A program made the position numbers and the translations under genes. A stretch of DNA of 64,000 bases. Origin: an uncultured Actinomycetes bacterium (GTDB lineage Bacteria; Actinomycetota; UBA4738; HRBIN12). The stretch covers positions 44,736 through 108,735 of the forward strand of contig CAWEOB010000003.1 in NCBI GenBank assembly GCA_963810635.1, read 5' to 3'. Numbering within the stretch: position 1 is the first letter of the stretch; each line of letters starts with the position of its first letter. Below the pieces are notes generated by a model that saw only the letters and a list, made by a program, of their open reading frames with translations, was not told the origin of the DNA and made no database searches. Shown here in pieces: positions 10,337-20,997 of this stretch.

Positions 10337-11305
10337 ATGACGATCCTGAGGGATGGAACCCCATCGGACGCCGAGGCCCTGGATGCCTACTCCCGCACCG
10401 TTACGGCCGTCGCCGAGCGGTTGATGCCCACGGTCGCCAGCCTCCGCGTGATGCGCGACGTACGCGGTGGGCGGGTGGCAGCCGGAGAGGAATCGGCGTT
10501 CTCCCTCACACCCGATGGGTTCCTCCTCACGTCCGCTCACGTTGTCCGGGGCGGGTCGGGCGGCAGCGCATCCTTCGCGGACGGGCGCGAGCTGGGCTTC
10601 GAGCTCGTCGGGGTCGACGTGCTCGCCGACCTCGCGATCGTCCGGGTGCTGGACTCCGCGCTGGAACCGGTGGAGCTGGGTGACGCCGGCGCTCTTCGCG
10701 TGGGTCAGCTCGTCGTGGCCGTAGGGAACCCTCTCGGCCTGTCGGGCTCGGTCACGGCCGGCGTCGTGAGCGGGCTCGGTCGATCGTTGCCGACACGGTC
10801 GGGCGCGACGGTGCGCATGATCGATCGCGTGATCCAAACCGACGCGGCGCTGAATCCGGGCAACTCGGGCGGTGCGCTCGCCGACGGTCGTGGTCGGGTG
10901 GTGGGTGTGAACACGGCCGTCGCCGGGATCGGTCTCGGGCTCGCCGTCCCGATCGATCGGATCACCCGGGGCATCGTGGCCGCGTTGATGCGTGATGGGC
11001 ATGTGCGACGTGCCTACCTCGGGATCGGCGGAGGCCCGCGGCCGCTGCCGCCGCGCGTCGCCGACGCGGTGGGCCGTCAGCGAGGGGTCGAGGTCGTGCA
11101 CGTCGGCGACGCGAGTCCAGCAGCGGCCGCGGGCCTCCGCGCCGAGGATCTGATCGTCGAGGTCGACGGCGAACCGGTGGAAGACCTGGCGGATCTCCAG
11201 TCGCTGATGATCGGCGATGCCATCGGCACCACGGTCACGTTGCATGTGTTCCGCGGTGGAACCCCGCTCTCCATCCCGGTCACGCTGGCTCAGCTGCCGG
11301 ACTGA
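10337..11305 (+). CDS. HtrA/DegP-like serine protease with PDZ domain
   Basis: TSAHVV, DLAIV, IQTDAALNPGNSGG, C-terminal PDZ; no obvious signal peptide. Confidence 0.9.
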   Translation: MTILRDGTPSDAEALDAYSRTVTAVAERLMPTVASLRVMRDVRGGRVAAGEESAFSLTPDGFLLTSAHVVRGGSGGSASFADGRELGFELVGVDVLADLAIVRVLDSALEPVELGDAGALRVGQLVVAVGNPLGLSGSVTAGVVSGLGRSLPTRSGATVRMIDRVIQTDAALNPGNSGGALADGRGRVVGVNTAVAGIGLGLAVPIDRITRGIVAALMRDGHVRRAYLGIGGGPRPLPPRVADAVGRQRGVEVVHVGDASPAAAAGLRAEDLIVEVDGEPVEDLADLQSLMIGDAIGTTVTLHVFRGGTPLSIPVTLAQLPD

Positions 11306-12218
11306 GGTCTTTCGTCATCCGCGTGTAGGTCCCGCGAACGTCCATCCCGACCTTGAGGTACACACCCAGAGCTCCCGTCCGCGAGTCGGTGGACAGGCCG
11401 ACCGTCCGGCGTCCGTCCAGCCAGAAGCGGCGGAAGCTCTCCTGTAACAGGGCCCGCCCCACCCCGCGTCCTCGGAAGGCGTTCTCGACAGCGACCTGCT
11501 GGATCCACCCCTCCTCGCCAGGCCCGTAGTCGAAGCCGATCGCGGCGCCCACGAGGTGCTCGCCATCGGCGACCAGGACGACGATCTCGGGGCGCACCTC
11601 ATCCCGATGCAGCATCTCCTCACGCCAGTTCGCGAACCCCTCCGACACGCGGTCGGGCCATTCGCTGAACGCCGGGTCGATCACGTCGAAGACGGCACGA
11701 TCGTCTTCGGTCGGAGCGAAGGGGCGGAACCGCAGACCGTGTGGGAGCTCGGGACTCGTCGGCTCCTCGCCGAGGTCGATCCGCAGCACCCACGACTCGT
11801 GCCCGACGCGGTAGCCGAGCGACGTGAACAGCTCGTGCGCATCCGAGGCCCCGTCGCTGATGGTCTGGCCCACCGAGTCCCATCCCTGCTCCCGCGCCAT
11901 CGACCACGTCCGGTGGGCGAGCCAGGTGCCGATGCCGTGGCCGCGCCGGCCGGGCAGGACGGCCGCCTCCGCTCGGCCGTTGAACACCTCCGCGTAGCCG
12001 ATCAGCGTCCGGTCGGCGAACACGCCGCACGTCATCGTCGCGAGGTCGAAATCGGGGCGGCGCCAGCCCGCCTCGATATCCGAGAGGTCGATCGCGGCCT
12101 CTCCCTCATCGTGGGCCTGGCAGACACGCTCGAGCTCGTACACCGCGTCGAGGTCGTCCGCCGTGAGGGGCCCGGCCGAGAGCCCTGCCGGCAACGTCGG
12201 GCTCAGCTGGTCGTCCAT
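11280..12218 (-). CDS. Tandem-GNAT N-acetyltransferase (MshD-like architecture)
   Basis: Two acetyl-CoA motifs, RRGHGIG and FRGRGVG; C-term ALGVYLKVGM. Confidence 0.8.
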   Translation of the reverse strand: MDDQLSPTLPAGLSAGPLTADDLDAVYELERVCQAHDEGEAAIDLSDIEAGWRRPDFDLATMTCGVFADRTLIGYAEVFNGRAEAAVLPGRRGHGIGTWLAHRTWSMAREQGWDSVGQTISDGASDAHELFTSLGYRVGHESWVLRIDLGEEPTSPELPHGLRFRPFAPTEDDRAVFDVIDPAFSEWPDRVSEGFANWREEMLHRDEVRPEIVVLVADGEHLVGAAIGFDYGPGEEGWIQQVAVENAFRGRGVGRALLQESFRRFWLDGRRTVGLSTDSRTGALGVYLKVGMDVRGTYTRMTKDLSPAAEPA

Positions 12219-12889
12219 CCCGGGCAGCGTACCGGCGCGACCGGCCCGGGCAGATCCGTCAGCGTCTCGAGCACGCGCCGAACGTCCTCGAAGTCGTTCC
12301 AAGGGAGGAACGGGACGCCGTCGCGCTCGCACCAGCTCACCAGCACGTCCTTCGCGAAGACGAGGTCGGCGTACAGAGCGCCGTAGCGATCGCTCGAGCC
12401 TTCACCGACGAACGCCACCGGGCTCGGCGCCTCGAGGACCGCTCGCATCTTGCAGGTCCCGCACCCGACGCATTCCTCGTGCCCGTTGTCGAACCACAGA
12501 CGCGGATCACCGCCGCTCCTCCACGTGTTCGTGATCACCGGCACACCCTCGATGCCGGCGGCGCGCAGCAGCGGCTCGATGTAGAAGCCGAACCCGTCCG
12601 AGACGATCGTCACCGGCATCCCCTGGTCGCGGCACCACTGGACGAAGGGCCCGAAGGTGCGGTCGATCGGGCAGTGGGTGAGCGCGAAGTCGAGCAGCCG
12701 ATCCATGGGGAGTACGAGCATCGCCGCCTGCGCCTGCAGCATCGGCCGTGCCGAGATCTCTCCACGGGCCCACGCCGCGTCGTGATCGGCCCACGACGGG
12801 TCCCCGGCTTCGATCAGCAGGTGCTCGGCGACATCGTGAACACACGCGGTGCCATCGAAATCCACGAGCACCGAAGCGATGGCCGACAC
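12203..12889 (-). CDS. HAD-IB phosphatase, MtnX-like
   Basis: DFDGT, VSDG, CVGCGTCK, GEGSSD, ADLVFAK; TAGCCT 7 nt upstream. Confidence 0.75.
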   Translation of the reverse strand: MSAIASVLVDFDGTACVHDVAEHLLIEAGDPSWADHDAAWARGEISARPMLQAQAAMLVLPMDRLLDFALTHCPIDRTFGPFVQWCRDQGMPVTIVSDGFGFYIEPLLRAAGIEGVPVITNTWRSGGDPRLWFDNGHEECVGCGTCKMRAVLEAPSPVAFVGEGSSDRYGALYADLVFAKDVLVSWCERDGVPFLPWNDFEDVRRVLETLTDLPGPVAPVRCPGWTTS

Positions 12890-12924
12890 GGACGGCAGGC
12901 TATCCCGCGTGGCAACCTCGTCTC

Positions 12925-13681
12925 GTGCAGGATCTAGCGGAGCGGATCGAGGCGTTCGCGGTGGCGGCCTGGACGGGGCGGACCGAGGCCCTGGGTGGGC
13001 GGATCGTCCGCCACGACGGTCTGGCCTCCTTCCTGACGGGGTTGCCGGCTCCGCCGTTCAATCCCACCGTGGTGGAACGGGCGTCACGGGATCCGGCCGC
13101 CGCGCTTGCGGCTGCCGAGTCGGCGTACGGTCCGGTCGGCCTGCCGTTCGGGATCGACCTGGATCCCGAACGGTGGCCTGTATCGCGGCGTGCGGCCGAA
13201 GGAGCGGGGCTGACCCTGATCGACTCCCGGCCGCTGATGGCGCTCACCCCCGACCAGCTCGTCACCGTGGGCGTGCCCGACGGCGTCCTCATCGCTCCGG
13301 GCGGGGAGGTCCTCGATGAGATGGCCCGTGTGGATACCGCAGCGTTCGGCGGAGACGTCGGCGTGAACCGGGCCTTCATCGGCGGGGCCGAGCGAGACCC
13401 CGGCGCCCGCGTGTACGCAGCCTTCCTCGATGGGGTCGTCGTGGGGAGCGGCGAGACGTTCGTCGCCGACGGGGTGATGGGTGTGTTCGGGGTGGCGACG
13501 GCCCCCGAGGCCCGCCGCCGGGGGATCGGGGAGCGCCCTCACGTGGTTCGCGGTCTCGGACCGGTCGGCGGAGATCGATGTCGCGATCCTCGTTGCGAGC
13601 GAGCCTGGCCACGGCGTCTACGAACGGCTGGGTTTCCGGGACCTGGCCATCTCCGAGATCTGGGTCCGTCGAGACGGGTGA
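12925..13681 (+). CDS. GNAT acetyltransferase; frameshift near 13531
   Basis: VATAPEARRRGIG continues in another frame as SALT...ASEPGHGVYERLGF. Confidence 0.75.
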
Positions 13682-13689
13682 GGTGAGGC

Positions 13690-14382
13690 TCAGGCCGCTG
13701 GGTCGCCCTTGCTCGCGGCGCCGTCGACGATCTCTCGATCGCCGAGAGGCTCGTCGAGCGTGATCACGACCCGTTTGAGGACCGCGATCTCGATGCAGGC
13801 GACGTCGCCGCCCGAGGGATCGCTGCCTTCATGCAGCGTGATCGTGACCTCGTGGTCGCCGTACGCCACGTCGACGTGGTCGAGCACGGAGCAGGGTTCG
13901 ATGCCGGCCCAGAAGTCGATCGTGATGGTACGGCCGTCGTCGCCCACGCTTGCGGTGTCGAAGGAGCGTGGGAAGACGTTCGACATCCCCGGTGTGGGTT
14001 CCACGATCTGCGGCTGCGGCTCGGTCGGGATGGGATCCTCGCCGAGACATGGTGAGTACGAGACCGTCCCGTCGGGACCCTCGCCCTCGACGATCTCCAC
14101 GCCGCACGGAGGCTCCTCGGCGACGCCGTCGTCACCGGGGAGCCCGGTGTTGGGCGGGTCCCCCCCGCCGTCCCAGCCGGGGACCGCGTCACCGTCCGGG
14201 ATCCCGGGCGTGTCGTTGCAGTCAGGGACCCCTTCGATGCACATCGCAGCGGCCCCTCCTCCGCCATGTTCCGAGGCGGACCTGCTGGCCTGCCGGGGGG
14301 TGTGGGCACCGGCAACCGCGGCCACGAGCAGTACGCCGAGCGCCGTCACGATCGCGATCGTCGCTCGCAGGGAAGTGCGCAT
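13690..14382 (-). CDS. Secreted Cys-paired hypothetical protein
   Basis: ATG with GGAAAGGA RBS, signal peptide, Pro/Gly/Asp linker, C-terminal domain with PC...ACIEIA. Confidence 0.7.
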   Translation of the reverse strand: MRTSLRATIAIVTALGVLLVAAVAGAHTPRQASRSASEHGGGGAAAMCIEGVPDCNDTPGIPDGDAVPGWDGGGDPPNTGLPGDDGVAEEPPCGVEIVEGEGPDGTVSYSPCLGEDPIPTEPQPQIVEPTPGMSNVFPRSFDTASVGDDGRTITIDFWAGIEPCSVLDHVDVAYGDHEVTITLHEGSDPSGGDVACIEIAVLKRVVITLDEPLGDREIVDGAASKGDPAA

Positions 14383-14553
14383 GTCGTCCGTCCTTTCCAC
14401 CTCGCGCACGGGGCGCGAGCCGTTGCGTCGCGCGGGAGGCGCGGGCTCTGGTCGACCGCGTCGGACCGGTCGGTCTCGACACGGCCTTCGACGCAGCGGA
14501 CGAGCACCACGGTTCCCCTCCCGCGGGCCTGATCCGTCGTCGGAGGCGGCCCG

Positions 14554-14559
14554 TATACT
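14554..14559 (+). promoter_or_regulatory. -10 element (TATACT) of the SRP RNA gene
   Basis: TATACT 6 nt before the 5' end of the SRP RNA. Confidence 0.7.
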
Positions 14560-14565
14560 CGCGGA

Positions 14566-14836
14566 GGCCGTGCTAGGCGGGGAGCTAGCGGTGCCCTGTA
14601 CCCGAGATCCGCTCATGCGGGGCTGAATCCCCGCCGGAGGCCCGCGAGGCCCGAGGTCGCCCTCGGCGCGGGGCGTTGAAGGCCGGGTCCCACGCGACGT
14701 CGGACCGCGAACCGGGTCAGGGCGGGAACGCAGCAGCCCTAAGCGGTTCCCGGCGGGTGCCGTGGGCTCGCCTGGCTGGAGCTTGCCGCGCTCGGTAGCA
14801 CTCGAGTCTCACGGCGTCGATGGCGGGTGCACGGCC
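14566..14836 (+). ncRNA. ffs: Signal recognition particle RNA, large (Alu-domain) bacterial type
   Basis: Terminal helix GGCCGTGC/GCACGGCC; Alu-like GGGGAGCTAGCGGTGCCCTGTACCC; helix 8 TCAGG-GCG-GGAA-CGC-AGCAGC; directly upstream of dnaX. Confidence 0.92.
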
Positions 14837-14859
14837 ATCTCATGCGGTCGGGAGGATGC

Positions 14860-16726
14860 GTGGCGGAGGACGAGGTGGAGCACCCAGAGGCGGAGGCCGT
14901 CGCCGTGCCGGCCGACGTCGTGCCGCATCAGGCCCTCTACCGGCGGTACCGACCGCAGACGCCGGCCGACCTCATCGGCCAGGACCATGTGGTCCGGGCG
15001 CTGACGGGGTCGATCCGTGAGGGGCGTCTCCATCACGCGTTCCTGTTCTGCGGGCCGCGGGGAACCGGCAAGACCTCCACCGCGCGGATCCTGGCCAAGA
15101 TGGTGAACTGCGAGCGGGCACCCACCGCCGAACCCTGCGACACGTGCGTCCAATGCGTCGCCATCCGCGAGGGCACGCACGTCGACGTCGTCGAGATCGA
15201 CGCGGCTTCCCACGGCGGTGTGGATGATGCACGGGACCTGCGCGAGAAGGCGTCCACGGCACCCATGGCGGGCCGGGAGAAGGTCTACATCATCGATGAG
15301 GCACAGCGTCTGTCGCGCGAGGCGTTCGATGCGCTCCTGAAGCTGTTCGAGGAGCCGCCGTCGGGGGTCCGCTTCGTGCTCGCCACCACCGAGCCCCACA
15401 AGATGCCGGCCACCATCGTCGGGCGTTGCCAGCGGTACGACTTCCGGCGACTCACCATGGAGGATCTCGCCGCCCACCTGCGCTCGATCGCCGAGGCGGA
15501 GGGCGTCGCGCTCGACCCGGTGGCCGCCGACGCCATCGCGCGACAGGCGGAAGGGTCCGCGCGGGACGCCCTGTCGCTGCTCGACCAGGCAACGGTGCTC
15601 GGCGGCAACACGGTGGACGACGCCGCGGTCCGCGCGCTCCTCGGCGCTCCGCGCGATGAGATCCACCACGAGTTGGCCGACGTGGTGGCCATCGGCGACG
15701 TCCATGGGGCCTTCGCCGTGGTCGGCCGGCTCGTCCAGGACGGCCAGGATCCTCCGGCACGTCACCGCCGATGCCCTGACGCATCTCCGCAACCTCCTGC
15801 TGGTGAAGACCGCGCCGGGGCAGGAGGACCTGCTCGACATCCCGGCCGACGCGTACGAGCCGCTCCGTCAGCAAGCCGAGAAGTTCTCGACCGCGGAGCT
15901 CGGGCGCTTCATCGCTCTGCTGCTCGCCGCGCAGAACGACATGCGCTGGACCACGAGCCCGCGGATCACGCTCGAGCTCGCCTTGGTTCGAGCCTGCGTG
16001 CCCGAGACCGACCCCACGCCCGCGGGTGTCGTTGCCCGGCTCGAGCGCCTCGAACGCTTGGCGAACCTGTCCCCCGGCGCGGCGATCCCGGACCACGGGG
16101 CGGCCGGCACCCCGGCGCCCGTCGCCGAGGAGCAGGCGGCCGAGGAGCAGGCGGCCGGCCGGCCGCCTGCTGCCCAGGCGCCGGTCACCCACGTGGCGTC
16201 GCCTCCCGAGCTCCCGACGACGGACGAGGTGGTCACGACCCGCCCTGCGACCGAGCCGCCCGCCGAGCCCGCGGCTGCAGGTGCAGATGGTGCTCCGGCG
16301 CAGCAGATGCCGGTCCCGCATGCCGCCGACGCCGGTTCCGTCGACGTCATCATGCTGCGCCGCTCGTGGGCGTCGTTGCTCGACCACCTGGGTCAGATGG
16401 CTCGGCCCCAGCCGGTGCTCCGTGCCCTCCTGGAGCCCGCAACCCCCGCTTCCTTCGACGGCTCCACGCTGGAGCTGGCCTTCCCGCCGAGCGGCGGGTT
16501 CGGCGTGCAGCGCGTCATGGACCGTCAGGACGTCCTGAGGCAGGCGCTGAACGATCTCTTCGGGGTCTCGCCGCAGATCGTGTGTGTCGTCCGTGAATCC
16601 CGGGAGCCGGCGAGCGAGCATGTCGTCGAGCTGGTCGACGACGACGAGGCACCCGACGAAGCCGAGGCGCTGCGGCGCGTGCAGGAGATGTTGGGCGCGA
16701 CGCCGGTCGGCGAGATTGAGGAGTAG
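14860..16726 (+). CDS. dnaX: DNA polymerase III subunit gamma/tau; frameshift near 15750
   Basis: [18 protein letters not shown], zinc Cys cluster, EIDAAS, IIDE; domain III continues in ORF 15656..16726. Confidence 0.93.
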
Positions 16727-16728
16727 GC

Positions 16729-17322
16729 GTGTACGAGGGGCCCATCCAGGACCTGGTCGACGAGCTGGCGCGGCTCCCGGGCGTCGGCCCGAAGTCGGCG
16801 CAACGCCTCGCCTTTTGGCTGGTGAAGCAGCCGCCCGACGATGCGAAGCGGCTCGCGGCGGCCATCGTGACCGCGAAGGATCGCATCGCCTTCTGCCGGG
16901 AATGCGGCAACGTCGCCGAGGGTGACCTCTGCAGGATCTGCCGCGACGAGAGCCGCGATCGCACCGTGCTCTGCGTCGTCGAAGAGCCCAAGGACGCGGC
17001 CTCCATCGAGAAGAGCTCCCTCCACAAGGGTCGCTACCACATCCTCGGGGGTGCCATCAGCCCGTTGGATGGCATCGGTCCCGAGGACCTCCGCGTCCAG
17101 GAGCTGCTCGATCGTGTCGAGCGGGATCACGTGACGGAGTGCATCTTGGCTACGAACCCCAACCTCGAGGGCAACGCGACCGCCATGTACGTCGCCGCGA
17201 TGCTGAAGCCCGCGGGGGTGCGCGTGACTCGCTTGGCGAGCGGGCTCCCCGTCGGAGGGGATCTGGAGTACGCCGACGAGGTCACGCTGTCCCAGGCCCT
17301 GGAGGGCCGGAGGGAGATGTGA
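16729..17322 (+). CDS. recR: Recombination mediator RecR
   Basis: [12 protein letters not shown]4 zinc finger, Toprim domain, GGDLEYAD. Confidence 0.97.
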   Translation: MYEGPIQDLVDELARLPGVGPKSAQRLAFWLVKQPPDDAKRLAAAIVTAKDRIAFCRECGNVAEGDLCRICRDESRDRTVLCVVEEPKDAASIEKSSLHKGRYHILGGAISPLDGIGPEDLRVQELLDRVERDHVTECILATNPNLEGNATAMYVAAMLKPAGVRVTRLASGLPVGGDLEYADEVTLSQALEGRREM

Positions 17323-19445
17323 CGGATCCGCTCGCGGAGCGACATCCGGAGGATGTCGCGTTCCCTCGTCAGAGCGCCAGGACCCAGGGCTTCACCCTGG
17401 GCATCCCTCGGAACGTCACGGTCGCTCCCGGTGGCGAGCGCGTGGTGTTCCTCCGATCGCCGGCCGGCGACGACCCCGTCCATGCGCTGTGGGTGTTCGA
17501 CGTGACAGCCGGGCGGGAACGGCTCGTGTTCGCTCCGGGCGATCACGAACCGGAGCAGGATGCTCCGGGTCTGACGCCGGCCGAGCGAGCGCGCCGCGAG
17601 CGTGCTCGAGAGCGCGCGGGCGGTGTGGTGGCGTACGCGTGCGACCGCGATGTGACCGTCGCGGCCTTCGTCGAGCGGGGCCGGCTGTTCGTCGTGGAGC
17701 TCGCCGAGGGCGGGGGTGTGCAGGAGCTGCACACCCCCGGCATCCCCGATGACCCGCGACCTTCTCCCGACGGGGAGAAGGTCGCCTACGTGGTGAACGG
17801 CGATCTCCACGTGCAGGAGATCGGAGGCGTCGCGCGCGTCGTCGCGAGCGACGCCGAACCCGAGGTCTCGTGGGGGCTCGCCGACTTCGCCGCGGCCGAG
17901 GAGATGGGCAGGATGCGCGGGTTCTGGTGGTCGCCCGACGGAACCCAGATCGCGGCCTGCCGGGTGGACGAATGCCCCGTGCAGACCTGGTGGATCGCGG
18001 ACGCCACGTCACCGGCCGCCGAGCCGTCTCCCATCCGCTACCCGCAGGCGGGCACCTCCAACGCCGACGTGACGCTCCACGTGCTCGATGTCGAGAGCGG
18101 TTCCGCCACCGAGATCGTCTGGGATCGAACGGCGTTCGAGTACCTCGCCGCCGTCCGCTGGGATGCGAGCTCGCCGCTCACCCTGCTGGTCCAGTCGCGC
18201 GATCAGCGGCGGACGCAGATCCTCGAGGCAGGCGACGATGGGAGCACGGCTGCCATCCGCGACGACAGCGATCCTGCCTGGGTCGATCTCGTGGACGGCT
18301 CGCCGGACCGGCTCGCCGATGGCACGCTCGTCGTGACGTCGGACGTCGACGATCGCCGCCGGATCTCCATCGGTGGCGCCGTGGCGACCCCCGTCTCGAT
18401 CCAGGTGGACACCGTCATCGGGACCGATGGCGACACGGTCTGGTTCCGCGGTTGGGAGGACGATCCCACCGAGGGCCACGTCTTCCGTGTGTCGGTGGGC
18501 ACGGTACCCGAGCGGGTCACCACCACGGCGGGCGATCATGTCGCGGCGGTGGCCGGACCCGTGACCGTCATCAAGTCCTCCGCCGTCGACGACCAGCACC
18601 CCACCGTCACCGTGCGGCACACTGCTGGCGTCGAGGTCACGCTCGGGTCGAGCGTCGAAGACCCGGTCGTCGACCCGCTTCCGTCGTATGCCGTCCTGGG
18701 CGAACGTCGGCTCCGCGCGGCGCTCCTCCTGCCGGGCGGCCGAGAGCCGGGCGAGGCCGTCCCCGTGATGCTGAGTCCCTACGGCGGACCGCACCATGCG
18801 GAGGTGCGGCACACCCGGGGCGCCTACCGGCCGGCCCAGTGGTTCGCCGACCGTCTGGGCGCCGCGGTGCTGGTCATCGACGGTCGCGGCACCCCCGGCC
18901 GCGGGGCGGCATGGGACCGGGCCGTCCACCTGGACTTCTCCGTGACCTTGCAGGATCAGGTTGACGGCCTCCACGCCGCCGCTGAACGCTGGGCGTTCCT
19001 CGATCTGGATCGGGTAGGAATCCGCGGATGGTCCTTCGGGGGGATGCTGTCGGCGCTCGCCGTGTGCACCCGGCCCGATGTCTTCCACACGGCCGTCGCC
19101 GGTGCGCCCGTCACCGACCAGCGTCTCTACGACACGCACTACACGGAGAGGTATCTCGGTATGCCGCTCGAACAACCCGAGGCCTATCGGGTCAGCTCGC
19201 CGATCTCCTTCGCGTCGGAGCTCCGACGGCCGTTGCTCCTGATCCACGGCCTCGCCGACGACAACGTGGTGGCCGCGCACACGCTGCAGATGTCGGCCCG
19301 GCTGTTCGAAGGGGGGATCGCTCACGATCTCGTGCTGCTCCCGAACGCCTCTCACATGGGCGGGAGCGGCGACCTCGTGGTCGCCCGGTACCTGGCCGAG
19401 CTCGACTTCCTGCGACGCACGCTCGACCTCCCCGTTCCCTCATGA
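17319..19445 (+). CDS. S9B family dipeptidyl-peptidase IV-like peptidase
   Basis: AAAEEM, WWSPDG, GWSFGG nucleophile, HGLADDNV, catalytic His. Confidence 0.92.
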   Translation: MTDPLAERHPEDVAFPRQSARTQGFTLGIPRNVTVAPGGERVVFLRSPAGDDPVHALWVFDVTAGRERLVFAPGDHEPEQDAPGLTPAERARRERARERAGGVVAYACDRDVTVAAFVERGRLFVVELAEGGGVQELHTPGIPDDPRPSPDGEKVAYVVNGDLHVQEIGGVARVVASDAEPEVSWGLADFAAAEEMGRMRGFWWSPDGTQIAACRVDECPVQTWWIADATSPAAEPSPIRYPQAGTSNADVTLHVLDVESGSATEIVWDRTAFEYLAAVRWDASSPLTLLVQSRDQRRTQILEAGDDGSTAAIRDDSDPAWVDLVDGSPDRLADGTLVVTSDVDDRRRISIGGAVATPVSIQVDTVIGTDGDTVWFRGWEDDPTEGHVFRVSVGTVPERVTTTAGDHVAAVAGPVTVIKSSAVDDQHPTVTVRHTAGVEVTLGSSVEDPVVDPLPSYAVLGERRLRAALLLPGGREPGEAVPVMLSPYGGPHHAEVRHTRGAYRPAQWFADRLGAAVLVIDGRGTPGRGAAWDRAVHLDFSVTLQDQVDGLHAAAERWAFLDLDRVGIRGWSFGGMLSALAVCTRPDVFHTAVAGAPVTDQRLYDTHYTERYLGMPLEQPEAYRVSSPISFASELRRPLLLIHGLADDNVVAAHTLQMSARLFEGGIAHDLVLLPNASHMGGSGDLVVARYLAELDFLRRTLDLPVPS

Positions 19446-20011
19446 CGGGGTCGCCGTCGACCCTCGAGGTGTCCGATCGCGCCCTCGTCCTCTACGCCGT
19501 GAGCCGCCGAGCAACCATCGAGCTCGCGCTCGGAGAGTTCGGAGACGATCCACGCCGGTTCGCGCAGGCCGAGCGCGCTCGGACGGAGACCGATCGCTGG
19601 CTGGTTCGGGAGTCGCTCACCCAGGCGGTCACCGACCTCGAGCGCCGACTCCTCGAAGGTGCATCCGGCTCCTGGCCGCACCAGGCCGTTGTCGATGGTA
19701 TGTGGCGCAAGGAATCCATGGGCGTCCTGCTCTGGTCGCTCCAGCACGTCGCGGAGCTGCCGTCGTTCGGCGATGAGTTCGAGGTGGCCGTGCTGAACGA
19801 GCGGATCGAGGCCTACGGGAGCGTCTCGTCGTTCCGTGCGGCCGGCCGGCTGCGCGGGACCGATGAGCTGGAAACGGCGTGGCAGGAGGCCGACGCGTGG
19901 TTCGCCGCCACCGAGGACGCGGGGGGAGAGGACGCCGCCCTCGCCTCCATCAGCGCCGAGCGGGTCCGCGCCCTCAACTGGCTGCGCGACCGCGACGCCG
20001 AACCAGCCTGA
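19442..20011 (+). CDS. Hypothetical protein, DUF4272-like
   Basis: WRKESMGVLLWSL and ERVRALNWL motifs; ATGA coupling to the peptidase. Confidence 0.6.
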   Translation: MTGSPSTLEVSDRALVLYAVSRRATIELALGEFGDDPRRFAQAERARTETDRWLVRESLTQAVTDLERRLLEGASGSWPHQAVVDGMWRKESMGVLLWSLQHVAELPSFGDEFEVAVLNERIEAYGSVSSFRAAGRLRGTDELETAWQEADAWFAATEDAGGEDAALASISAERVRALNWLRDRDAEPA

Positions 20012-20997
20012 TCACCACGTAGACCAGGCCGCCGAGCGCCGCGATCGGCAGCAGGTAGCCCAGGCCGATCAGCGTGGTCGCGATGACGTTCAGGAACCCC
20101 TGCACGGCGCGATCGAGCGCGGTCCCGAGGCTCGGGTTCGCCACGCCGTCGTCGGTCTCGACGGCCGAAGCGTCGGCGCTCGTCTCGCGGAGATCGACCT
20201 TCAGGGTGGACTCCGCGACCTGATCCTCGAGGAACCGGAGCTGCCCCTGGAGGCGTTCGATCTCGAGCTGCACGTCGTCGAGTTGGCGCTTGACGGTGAG
20301 CGACTCGCCGATGGTGTCGGCTTGTCCGAGGAGGCCGAGGAGGAAGGTTCGGTCCGCGCGCTCGATCCTCAGCCGAGCATGGAGGTCGACGTACTCCGCG
20401 GTGACGTCCTCGCCCTTCAGGTTCGACGCCACCGGCTCACCGAGCGCCCGGATCGCGAGGAACGCCTCGTCGAGGTGGTCGGCGGGGATGCGCAGGACGA
20501 GGGCCCCGCTGTCGTCGCCTCGGGTCTCGCCCGACAGGACGAACCCGCCCGCCCGCTCGGCGATCGCCACGACCTGGCGGTAGCGCTCGTCGAAGGTGCC
20601 GTCGGGGATCACGATCGCCAGCGAGCCATCCCGGACGATCTTCGAGAGGTCCGCCGGGCTCCTCGAGCCGGTGCCGGGCGCCTGCGAGGGGCTGGGGGCT
20701 GGCTGGTTCCCCGAGCCGACGAGGCCGCGCTGGTTCGCTTCGTCGGTGGGTAGGAGGGGGGCGTCACGTGGAGCCCCGTCACGGACGAGCAGGGCTTGGT
20801 TCGCGACTTCCGTCTGGCTCAGCCACCCGACACTGGTCGCGAGCACCAGCAGGGCGGCGGCCGCGCCCGACCACCATGCCCACCGACGCCGTCGGGCGCG
20901 GCCACGCCGACCTCGCGTGCCTCCGGACATCTCGTCGTCGGCGAGGATACTCGAGATCGGCTTCGAGCTGGCGGAGGAACTCGATCTGGGTCTCCAT
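19974..20997 (-). CDS. DUF4349 membrane protein, possible anti-sigma; frameshift near 20945
   Basis: METQIEFLRQLEADLE start coupled to the sigma stop; TM helix; LRIPA, EDVTAEYVDL, IERLQGQL; C-terminal TM. Confidence 0.75.

Noticed and set aside
8823-14560. Genomic island at the tRNA-Ser genes
   Set aside because: No integrase, no duplicated tRNA 3' end and no evident compositional shift
15730-15770. dnaX frameshift as programmed gamma/tau recoding
   Set aside because: It falls inside domain III, has no slippery A-run or nearby stop, and matches the indel pattern seen across the window
16123-16157. 15-bp tandem repeat (AEEQA x2) in dnaX
   Set aside because: Two copies in a low-complexity linker; unremarkable
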